Source: Planctomycetaceae bacterium (GTDB taxonomy: Bacteria; Planctomycetota; Planctomycetia; Pirellulales; Pirellulaceae). From it: a DNA stretch of 10,132 nt. Positions 1 through 6,612 of this stretch are shown piece by piece (within the stretch, counting starts at the first letter, position 1; every line of letters starts with the position of its first letter). A program made the translations under genes and the position numbers. The notes beneath the pieces were generated by a model. It searched no databases and was not told the origin of the DNA. It saw only the letters and a program-made list of their open reading frames with translations. The stretch is taken from assembly GCA_015490875.1 (NCBI GenBank), contig WFWZ01000157.1:1-10132 (forward strand). The letters are read 5' to 3'.

Positions 1-4
1 ATCA

Positions 5-33
5 CTCACAATGGCACTCCCGTAAACTATACT
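5..33 (+). promoter_or_regulatory. Putative sigma70-like promoter for the peptidase gene (CTCACA -17- TATACT)
   Basis: A -10-like hexamer TATACT lies at 28-33, and 17 nt upstream is a -35-like CTCACA at 5-10. The predicted TSS is about 40 and the gene ATG is at 98, preceded by the RBS AGGAG at 84-88. The window edge truncates the upstream context. Confidence 0.2.
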
Positions 34-97
34 CACTAGGCGACAGCGAGGGCAGATGCAATTGGTCGAGAAGATCCCAACGAAGGAGAAGTGCACC

Positions 98-2194
98 ATG
101 TTGCCACTTGCATGCACGGCTCGACGAGCCGGAAATCCCGGACATTCGCTCCGTTTCGTTTTCGGTCGTTGCCTCCTGGGAGGATGGCTGCTGGCGGCAT
201 GGCTGGCCGCTACGGCCGCCTGGGCCGGCGATTCGTCCCTCATGACACCTCGCGATGTCGCTCGGCTGCGCACGGTCGTGGCCGCCGAGATCTCCCCCGA
301 CGGCCGAGCCATCGCTTACACGCTCGCCGTGCCTCGAGACCCATTCACCGGAAACGACGGCCCTTCCCACATCGAGCTGCACGTTTGCGATGTCTCGGGC
401 AAGTCGCGTCCGTTCGTCACCGGTGCGGTCACCGTGACGCAGATCGCCTGGACGCCCGACGGAAAATCGATCGCCTATCTCGCTCGGCGAGGCGATGACA
501 AACACACGTCACTGTATGTTATCCCCGTGGACGGCGGCGAGTCGCGCAAGGTCTTCGACCACGACGCGTCCGTCCATCACGTTCGCTTTCGGCCCGACGG
601 CAAAGAGATCGCCTTCCTCTCGACGCCACCTCGAACCGAAGAGGAAAAGAAATGGCGCGAGAAGGGATTCAACCAGGAGATCTACGAAGAGGATTGGCGT
701 CCGACGCGAGTCTACCTCATTGATGCCGCCGGCAAGAAGAAGCCTCGAGCTCTCGAGTTGCCCGGTTCCGCGTTCGATTTGGCCTGGTCGCCCGACGGCC
801 GGCAACTCGCGGTGGCTCTCGCCCCCACACCCCTCGTCGACGACAGCTACATGTTCAAACGGCTGCACATCGTCGATGCAGCGAGTGGCCGAGTGGTGGA
901 GCGCATTGCCAACCCGGGAAAACTCGGTAGATTCGCTTTCAGTCCGGATGGCACACACTTGGCCATGATCTCGGCCGCCGACTTGAACGACCCGGCCGAG
1001 GGCCGATTGATGGTGGTCTCTGTTCCCGGAGACGGCAAGCCTCGCGACTTGATGCCCAACTACGAGGCTCACGTCGAAGCCTTCGCATGGACCGAGTCGG
1101 GCGAGTTGATGTACGTGGCGGCCGAGGGTGTCGAGACGGTCGTTGGCCGCGTGGCACTCGAGGGAAGTTCTCACCTGCGCGTCAAGGCAGGCGTTGCCAT
1201 CTTCCAATCGCTGTCGCTGGCCAAGAACGGTGCCATGGCTCTGGTCGGCCATACGGCTCGGCATCCGGGTGAAGTCTTCTACGTCGGACCGGAAGGCGAA
1301 CCGAAACGCCTGACCGACAATAACCCCTGGCTGAAAGAAAAGGAGTTCGGCGAGCAGACCGTCGTCCAGTGGAAAGCTCAAGACGGATTGACACTCGAGG
1401 GCATTCTCATCAAACCCGTCCATTACCAGAAAGGCCGCAGGTATCCGTTGATCTTGACGGTCCACGGTGGCCCCGAATCGCATATTCCCAACGGCTGGCT
1501 GACCCGATACGCCTATCCCGGCCAAGTGGGTGCCGCTCGAGGATTCGCCATCTTCTATCCCAACTACCGAGGCAGCACGGGACGCGGCGTCGCGTTTTCG
1601 AAGCTCGGACAAGCCGACGCCGCGGGCAAAGAATTCAGTGATCTCATCGACGCCGTCGATCATCTGGTGGAAGTGGGGATCGTGGATCGAGACCGAGTCG
1701 GCATCACCGGCGGCTCCTACGGAGGATACGCCTCGGCGTGGGGAGCCACGTACTACTCCGATCGTTTCGCGGCCAGCGTGATGTTCGTCGGCATCAGCGA
1801 CAATGTCTCGAAGGTGGGAACCACCGACATTCCCGAAGAGATGTACTTGGTTCACCACCGCAAGCGTCTGTGGGATGACTGGGAGTACTTTCTCGAGCGT
1901 AGCCCTATCCGCCACGTGAAAAAGGGGCATACCCCGACGTTGATTCTGCACGGGAAGGAGGACCCGCGCGTCCACCCGTCGCAGTCGATGGAACTCTACC
2001 GGCATCTGAAGACACTCGGACAGGCTCCCGTGCGCCTCGTCTTCTACCCCGGCGAAGGGCACGGCAATCGCCGAGCCGCATCGCGGTTCGACTACAACGT
2101 CCGAATGCTTCGATGGATGGAGACCTTCTTGCAAAGTCCCCAGGGGCGAAAAGCGAAGATTCCCGATTTCCGGATCGACTACGAACGGCAGTGA
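98..2194 (+). CDS. Secreted S9-family serine peptidase (prolyl oligopeptidase / acylaminoacyl-peptidase / dipeptidyl-aminopeptidase type) with an N-terminal PD40 beta-propeller
   Basis: The ORF track gives 56-2194; the preferred start is ATG 98, which follows AGGAG at 84-88. The N-terminus has a signal peptide (LLGGWLLAAWLAATAAWAG). The N-terminal half has repeated SPDGR, TPDGK, RPDGKEIAF, SPDGRQLA and SPDGTHLA blades, i.e. TolB/PD40-like repeats. The C-terminal alpha/beta-hydrolase domain has the nucleophile motif GITGGSYGGYASAWG, a catalytic Asp context HGKEDPRV and a His in GEGHGN, which together form the S9 Ser-Asp-His triad. GC3-rich codon usage is consistent with real coding sequence. 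The stop is TGA at 2192-2194. Confidence 0.9.
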   Translation: MLPLACTARRAGNPGHSLRFVFGRCLLGGWLLAAWLAATAAWAGDSSLMTPRDVARLRTVVAAEISPDGRAIAYTLAVPRDPFTGNDGPSHIELHVCDVSGKSRPFVTGAVTVTQIAWTPDGKSIAYLARRGDDKHTSLYVIPVDGGESRKVFDHDASVHHVRFRPDGKEIAFLSTPPRTEEEKKWREKGFNQEIYEEDWRPTRVYLIDAAGKKKPRALELPGSAFDLAWSPDGRQLAVALAPTPLVDDSYMFKRLHIVDAASGRVVERIANPGKLGRFAFSPDGTHLAMISAADLNDPAEGRLMVVSVPGDGKPRDLMPNYEAHVEAFAWTESGELMYVAAEGVETVVGRVALEGSSHLRVKAGVAIFQSLSLAKNGAMALVGHTARHPGEVFYVGPEGEPKRLTDNNPWLKEKEFGEQTVVQWKAQDGLTLEGILIKPVHYQKGRRYPLILTVHGGPESHIPNGWLTRYAYPGQVGAARGFAIFYPNYRGSTGRGVAFSKLGQADAAGKEFSDLIDAVDHLVEVGIVDRDRVGITGGSYGGYASAWGATYYSDRFAASVMFVGISDNVSKVGTTDIPEEMYLVHHRKRLWDDWEYFLERSPIRHVKKGHTPTLILHGKEDPRVHPSQSMELYRHLKTLGQAPVRLVFYPGEGHGNRRAASRFDYNVRMLRWMETFLQSPQGRKAKIPDFRIDYERQ

Positions 2195-2216
2195 AGACAC
2201 GGGGGAAACACCAAGG

Positions 2217-3656
2217 TCACGGGGCTGAACTTGCCGCCAGCGGGTCGCCATGTTCGCGCTGCCATTGGCGGAGGGACGCCGTGAGCCGTTCGAGACGCTC
2301 GCGATGCGCCGGATCTTGGGCGAGGTCGTGGCGCTCATAGGGGTCGGCTTGCAAGTCGAAGAGCTGCCGGCGGCCCAACTTGGGATACTCGATCAGCTTC
2401 CAACGCTCGGTCCGGATCATCCGCTGCACGTCACCGAAGTAGCCCACGACGTAGGAGTACGTGGCGGCCGACGGGTCGCGGAAAACTGGAGCAAAACTGC
2501 GGCCGTCGAGATTGTCCGGAATCGGAACACCGGCCAGTTCACACAGCGTCGGGTAGATGTCTCGCAGATAAACGGGCTGGCGGAAGCGTCGGCCCGCGGG
2601 GACTCCAGGACCCGCCACCAGAAGCGGCACGCCGATCGTGTGCTCATACATATTCTGCTTGCCTCGCAATCCATGGCTGCCAATCGCCAACCCATGGTCG
2701 CTCGTGTAGACCACGATCGTGCGCGACGCCAGGTGGCGTGACCGCAGCGTCTGGAGGATGCGGCCGACTTGTTCGTCAAGGTCGGAAATGACGGCGTAAT
2801 AGGCAGCCAGGTCGGCGCGGACGACGTCGGGCGTTCGAGGAAACGGCAGCAATTCTTCGTCGCGACCGTGCAAGTTGCCGTGGTCGAACGGATGCTGAGG
2901 CAAAAAGTTGGGAGGAAGCGGTAGGGACGTCGGATCGTAATGGTGCTTGGCCGCTCGAGGCAACAAGAGGGGATCATGGGGTGCCGTGAAATTGACGTGC
3001 AGAAAGAACGGCGTGTCGGAGGAGGCATCGTATTTCTGAAGAACGGCGATGGCCGCATCGGCAATGTGGCGACTCGTGTCCGGAGTCAGCCCCACTCCCA
3101 ATTCGGGCAACGGCTTGCCGTCGGCGTCGCGAAAGATCCAACCTTTGTATCCCGTGACCGGATGACCACGGTAGTCGACGGCCGGTTTCCAGTACTTGCG
3201 GCCTCCGGCGGTGAAGAGTCCCGAGGTGGCGTCGTAGCCGTGGTCTTGAGGTCGTCCGTCGTTGTGCCACTTGCCACTGTACCAAGTGGCATAACCAGCT
3301 CGACGCAGCGTCTGGGGGAGCAAGACGAGTCGAGGATCGAGTTTTCTGCCGAAACCCGTGACTCCGTTACGGAACGCCACACATCCGCTGAGGATCTCCG
3401 CGCGGCTCGGCGTGCAAATCGGGTAAGCACACACCGCCCGGATAAAGGCGCTGCCTCGTCGAGCCAATTCATCGAGATTCGGAGTGCGGATGACTGGGTT
3501 GCCCAGTGCGGCAATCGTGTCGGGGCGCTGGTCGTCCGACACGATGAGTAGGATGTTGGGAGGCCGTTGATCCCCGGCAAGAAGTGACACCGGCAGCAGC
3601 GCGGCGGCAAGGCCGACGGCAAGTACCGTGAGGCAGATTCTTTGGCGTGCGGACAT
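2217..3656 (-). CDS. Sulfatase (formylglycine-dependent arylsulfatase family), secreted
   Basis: The ORF track gives 2217-3959 (-), but the real start is ATG at 3656-3654, which yields MSARQRICLTVLAVGLAAALLPVSLLAG as a signal peptide. NILLIVSDDQRPD is the N-terminal sulfatase motif. CTPSRAEILSG is the C-x-P-x-R formylglycine signature. Downstream metal and sulfate binding residues (SDHG, GKW, NTIVVYTSDHG-like) are present. Total length is 479 aa. Confidence 0.92.
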   Translation of the reverse strand: MSARQRICLTVLAVGLAAALLPVSLLAGDQRPPNILLIVSDDQRPDTIAALGNPVIRTPNLDELARRGSAFIRAVCAYPICTPSRAEILSGCVAFRNGVTGFGRKLDPRLVLLPQTLRRAGYATWYSGKWHNDGRPQDHGYDATSGLFTAGGRKYWKPAVDYRGHPVTGYKGWIFRDADGKPLPELGVGLTPDTSRHIADAAIAVLQKYDASSDTPFFLHVNFTAPHDPLLLPRAAKHHYDPTSLPLPPNFLPQHPFDHGNLHGRDEELLPFPRTPDVVRADLAAYYAVISDLDEQVGRILQTLRSRHLASRTIVVYTSDHGLAIGSHGLRGKQNMYEHTIGVPLLVAGPGVPAGRRFRQPVYLRDIYPTLCELAGVPIPDNLDGRSFAPVFRDPSAATYSYVVGYFGDVQRMIRTERWKLIEYPKLGRRQLFDLQADPYERHDLAQDPAHRERLERLTASLRQWQREHGDPLAASSAP

Positions 3657-3785
3657 GACTCGAAGTGCAGAAAAATCGGGAGGCGTTGGCTCACCCGGCA
3701 CTCGTCCATGCTCGGCCGGCAGGACCTCAATTGTAGAGTGCCGCGGCGGGTGCTGCGGGGCTGGCGAAGGAGATCGCCGCTGCGA

Positions 3786-3814
3786 TTGACGAGCCGCCGA
3801 GCGTGTGCGATAAT
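3786..3814 (+). promoter_or_regulatory. Putative sigma70-type promoter of the RRM gene (TTGACG -17- GATAAT, with TG at -15/-14)
   Basis: TTGACG is at 3786-3791, followed by a 17-nt spacer and GATAAT at 3809-3814. TG at 3806-3807 occupies the extended -10 position. This predicts a leader of about 125 nt before ATG 3949. It lies in a 292-bp divergent intergenic region between the sulfatase start (3656, -) and the rbp gene. Confidence 0.35.
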
Positions 3815-3948
3815 CACGGCAGTTTCGTAGCGAGCCATTTGGGTTCTTCTCTCGTGCGTCGGCAGGATCGTTCCTTTCCGCCGGAGTGGCGAATCTTAAG
3901 AAGCTCGCATGTCCGGTTTGCTTTGGTTCTGGAAAGGGACTGTCTGTC

Positions 3949-4254
3949 ATGCCCAACATCTACGTTGGCAACCTCGCCTATGGCGCCACCGAGAGCGATG
4001 TGCGCGCCGCCTTTGAGCAGTTTGGGGACGTTTCGTCGGTCAACATCATCACCGACCGTGAGACGGGGCGTTCGCGAGGGTTCGCGTTTGTGGAAATGCC
4101 CAATAGCGATGAAGCCCGGCAAGCCATTGCCGAGTTGAATCTGCAGGAGATTGCCGGTCGCCGTGTGACCGTCAATGAAGCTCGACCGAAGCCCGATCGC
4201 CGCCGAGGTGGCGGAGGGGGATATGGCGGTGGCGGTGGAGGCCGCCGCTGGTAA
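3949..4254 (+). CDS. Glycine-rich RNA-binding protein with a single RRM (RNP-1/RNP-2) domain
   Basis: The start is ATG 3949, after GAAAGGGA at about 3932-3939. RNP-2 is IYVGNL and RNP-1 is RGFAFVEM. The C-terminal tail RRRGGGGGYGGGGGGRRW is Gly/Arg-rich. Length is 101 aa. The upstream GTG at 3886 would add 21 aa with no RRM precedent. Confidence 0.85.
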   Translation: MPNIYVGNLAYGATESDVRAAFEQFGDVSSVNIITDRETGRSRGFAFVEMPNSDEARQAIAELNLQEIAGRRVTVNEARPKPDRRRGGGGGYGGGGGGRRW

Positions 4255-4312
4255 CGCGCAGCCGAAAGGGCGACGCCCGTGGCGGCTCGCCCCATTGCTG
4301 TCGGCAACGATC

Positions 4313-4345
4313 CGCCGGTCGAGTTCCTCGGCCGGCGTTTTTTTT
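4313..4345 (+). terminator. Rho-independent terminator of the RRM gene
   Basis: An 11-bp stem (including one G-U pair) CGCCGGTCGAG/CTCGGCCGGCG spans 4313-4323 and 4327-4337 with a TTC loop. It is followed immediately by TTTTTTTT at 4338-4345, about 60 nt after the stop codon. Confidence 0.75.
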
Positions 4346-4505
4346 GTGTTACCACGAGAGGGAAACTTGCATCCGTAGGTTCGATGTGTTCCATCCATTT
4401 GCGGCATTAGTCGTTCATCGCTGTACGCCTTGCCGTGCTAACAGCACTCCGACAATGGCTCGCTCAGGTGAACATTTATGTATTCTGGAAAGGCGATTGT
4501 AAAGT

Positions 4506-4648
4506 TGGGAGGGCGAGGCTCCTGCCGAGCCGCAGCGCAACACTAGCGTTGCAAACTCGGTCCTGAAATGCGCGGGCGATTGGCTTCAGGACAGATGATA
4601 TCCGGCTGTACGAACAACATCCGGCTCGGCAGGAGCCTCGCCCTCCCA
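4506..4648. repeat. 143-bp palindromic element with perfect 27-bp terminal inverted repeats and two internal hairpins (MITE-like element or structured RNA)
   Basis: TGGGAGGGCGAGGCTCCTGCCGAGCCG at 4506-4532 is the exact reverse complement of CGGCTCGGCAGGAGCCTCGCCCTCCCA at 4622-4648. Inside are hairpin A (GCAAC-ACTAGC-GTTGC, 4537-4552) and hairpin B (GGTCCTGAA, a 17-nt loop, then TTCAGGAC; 4560-4592). ATCCGGCT is directly repeated at 4600-4607 and 4618-4625. Confidence 0.6.
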
Positions 4649-4736
4649 GTCCATGCAGTCGTACGCATCAACGGAAATCGACATGGGGGCCAACCCCCGA
4701 CAACCGCGTCCCGAATCGTTACACGGAGCTCCCACC

Positions 4737-5696
4737 ATGATCGAGCATCGCTACTTGGAACTAGGTGTCACGGGAATGGCTCGAGCCCACCGAGCCAGCG
4801 GGCTGGCCGGCCACTTGGGAGCCGCGCTCGTCGCCGGATACGCCTTCGGCGAAGAGCTGCCCGACTTGCCTGAAGCCGTCTTCCAAGGAATCACTGCGGA
4901 ACTTGATCGTATCCTGCGAGGTGAAGAAACGGTTTGGTACAACGTCCAGAAAACGGGCATTCCCATCAAAGAACTCTTTCGACCTTTTCCGCCCAAGTCG
5001 CCCGGCGGGTTGGACGTGCAGCCGATCGCCGATGCGCTTGCCGAGAACATCGGAAAGCTACACCAAAGCGGCCACAATGTGGTTTTCGCTGCACTCGCCA
5101 TCCGAGCCTTGAAGGATCATCCGGCACTGGCGACTCGCGAGCGACTCGACGGTGTGGTGAAACTCATCCGAGGTTTCAACGGAAGCATTCCGGGGATGGC
5201 GTATCTCGGCAAGGACCACGGCGGATGGGTGCGGGCCGATCGAGTGGAACTGCGCGATTCGATGCGCGTGGAACCGTATGCGGATGTCGTCGCCATGGTC
5301 AAACGGACGATCGACGAAGTGATCGTGTCAGCGGGAGTCCGCCGACAGGGCGTGGGAGGCATGTGGCACCTGATCAACCACGCTGCCGGGTTGCTCGATC
5401 TGTCGCTGTACGGCTTCGCCGACCTGGCACGACGGGGACTCGAGGCGCATCGGGACCATCTGTGGCGATGGCGGTCGCTCCCCGATGTCAGCGAGGAGCT
5501 AGGGCCTTTCCCCCGCGCCAAGCACGATCCTCGGACGGCCGAATTCTGGCAGCATGCCGAGCGGCTCAAGCGGGACGATGCCCGCCTTACACACCGCATC
5601 AAGACGCTCTATGGCTTCACTCGGTTGATGACCGTCGAGACCGACCCGCGGCGCAAGAAGCAGGCATGGGGGCAACTCGGGTACTTGATGGCTTAA
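4737..5696 (+). CDS. Hypothetical protein (about 319 aa), no recognisable domain
   Basis: The frame is open over 4653-5696 with GC3-rich codon usage throughout. The preferred start is ATG 4737 (GGAG at 4724-4727, 9-nt spacer), giving MIEHRYLELGVTG. The alternative ATG 4653 lies 5 nt after the right arm of the 143-bp palindrome and has no RBS. No signal peptide, TM segment or catalytic motif is apparent. Confidence 0.55.
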   Translation: MIEHRYLELGVTGMARAHRASGLAGHLGAALVAGYAFGEELPDLPEAVFQGITAELDRILRGEETVWYNVQKTGIPIKELFRPFPPKSPGGLDVQPIADALAENIGKLHQSGHNVVFAALAIRALKDHPALATRERLDGVVKLIRGFNGSIPGMAYLGKDHGGWVRADRVELRDSMRVEPYADVVAMVKRTIDEVIVSAGVRRQGVGGMWHLINHAAGLLDLSLYGFADLARRGLEAHRDHLWRWRSLPDVSEELGPFPRAKHDPRTAEFWQHAERLKRDDARLTHRIKTLYGFTRLMTVETDPRRKKQAWGQLGYLMA

Positions 5697-5747
5697 TCCC
5701 GGACAACCTGATTCTGAGCCTCGGTGTCCCCCAACGCGTGTGGGACA

Positions 5748-5756
5748 TGCTAAGAT
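5748..5756 (+). promoter_or_regulatory. Possible extended -10 promoter element (TGcTAAGAT) upstream of nfeD-floT
   Basis: TGCTAAGAT at 5748-5756 fits the TGnTAnnnT pattern. It is followed by a hairpin CGGAGTA(N12)TACTCCG at 5777-5802 in the putative leader. No good -35 element is present. This call is weak. Confidence 0.15.
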
Positions 5757-5873
5757 GAAACCCGGTCCGCGGAATTCGGAGTAGAGTCTGCTGGATACTC
5801 CGGCCGGGACTTCGGAGGTGGGTGTGTTGTCATAGGTGGCGGAGAACGCCAGGCTGGGCGGGAGGTCGCTTCC

Positions 5874-6488
5874 ATGCATTTCCTGTTTCTGTTGTGCGCA
5901 GTGATCGGGGGCACGGTCTTTGTCGTGCAGTTTGCGCTTTCGCTGTTGGGCCTGGGGGGTGAGCACGTCGACTTGCCGGGCGATTTCGATCTCGATGCCG
6001 ACCTGGATGTCGATCTCGACTCGACCGACGCCGGCAGCATCGAAGGCCATGGATCGACTCGGCTCTTCGGGATCTTGTCGTTGCGCACCGTGACGGCCGC
6101 CATCGCCTTTTTCGGGCTTGGCGGTCTTTTCATGTCGGAGTTGACGAACTCGCCCCTTTGGCAAGTCGTGGTGGCGGTTATCGCCGGCGGGGGAGCACTT
6201 TACGGGGTGCACTACGTGACGCGGTCGCTCTACCGACTGCGCCACGACGGGACAACCCGCATCGAGTGGCTCGTGGGCGAGTCAGCGACCGTCTACGTCC
6301 CCATCCCGGCGGCTCGAGAAGGCCATGGCAAGGTTCAGGTCCGAACCAAAGGGGGCATCCACGAGTGCGCCGCGGTGACATCCGACGGTCAGACTTTGCC
6401 GACGGGAACGGTCGTTCGAGTCGTGCAGGTCGTCGGGCCGTCGCTGGTGGAAGTCGAACGGGAAACGGCCACCGACGTCCCCGCGTGA
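5874..6488 (+). CDS. nfeD: NfeD-like membrane protein (short YuaF-type) partnered with flotillin
   Basis: ATG 5874 follows GGAGG at 5861-5865. There are two N-terminal hydrophobic helices (FLFLLCAVIGGTVFVVQFALSLLGL and AAIAFFGLGGLFM...VVVAVIAGGGALY). A soluble C-terminal region (GESATVYVPIPAAREGHGKVQVRTKGGIHECAAV...VVRVVQVVGPSLVEVE) resembles the NfeD OB-fold beta-barrel. Its position directly upstream of an SPFH/flotillin gene is the canonical arrangement. Confidence 0.7.
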   Translation: MHFLFLLCAVIGGTVFVVQFALSLLGLGGEHVDLPGDFDLDADLDVDLDSTDAGSIEGHGSTRLFGILSLRTVTAAIAFFGLGGLFMSELTNSPLWQVVVAVIAGGGALYGVHYVTRSLYRLRHDGTTRIEWLVGESATVYVPIPAAREGHGKVQVRTKGGIHECAAVTSDGQTLPTGTVVRVVQVVGPSLVEVERETATDVPA

Positions 6489-6612
6489 TTCGTCGGCGGT
6501 GACCTACACTTGCGGGGAAACTCCGGCCGATTCGGTTGGGAAGTATAGATGCTGGGTCGTTCCGTGTAGCGGAAAAAAAAGAAGCACGCAAAGGGGTGAG
6601 GAGAAGACAACG

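Noticed and set aside
509-2338. 609-aa ORF on the minus strand antisense to the peptidase gene
   Set aside because: It is completely overlapped by a motif-rich, homologue-supported S9 peptidase on the other strand. Its Arg/Ala/Gly/Val-rich low-complexity translation is typical of spurious antisense ORFs in high-GC DNA, and it has no recognisable domain or RBS.
2417-3838. Several 100-250-aa ORFs (2250-2741 +, 2417-3064 -, 2940-3551 +, 2974-3285 -, 3086-3838 -) overlapping the sulfatase gene
   Set aside because: The sulfatase frame carries the diagnostic CTPSR and NILLIVSDD motifs and a signal peptide. The overlapping frames have no motifs and a skewed (R/S/P/T-rich) composition.
3886-3948. 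Upstream GTG start adding a 21-aa extension (MANLKKLACPVCFGSGKGLSV, containing CPVC) to the RRM protein
   Set aside because: Bacterial RRM proteins begin directly at the RNP-2 beta-strand. ATG 3949 has an appropriately spaced purine-rich RBS. A single CxxC is insufficient for a zinc-binding site.
4346-4506. Possible tRNA or small-RNA gene in the AT-richer spacer (GGTTCGATG resembles a T-loop)
   Set aside because: No cloverleaf can be drawn: there is no D-arm consensus, no complementary acceptor stem and no CCA-proximal pairing. It is most likely plain promoter or intergenic DNA.
4934-5758. 274-aa plus-strand ORF in an alternate frame over the hypothetical gene, and the 5117-5602 / 5499-6245 minus-strand ORFs
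   Set aside because: Their Arg/Pro/Gly-rich composition is characteristic of off-frame translation of GC-rich coding DNA. The 4737-5696 frame has the GC3 bias and a plausible RBS.
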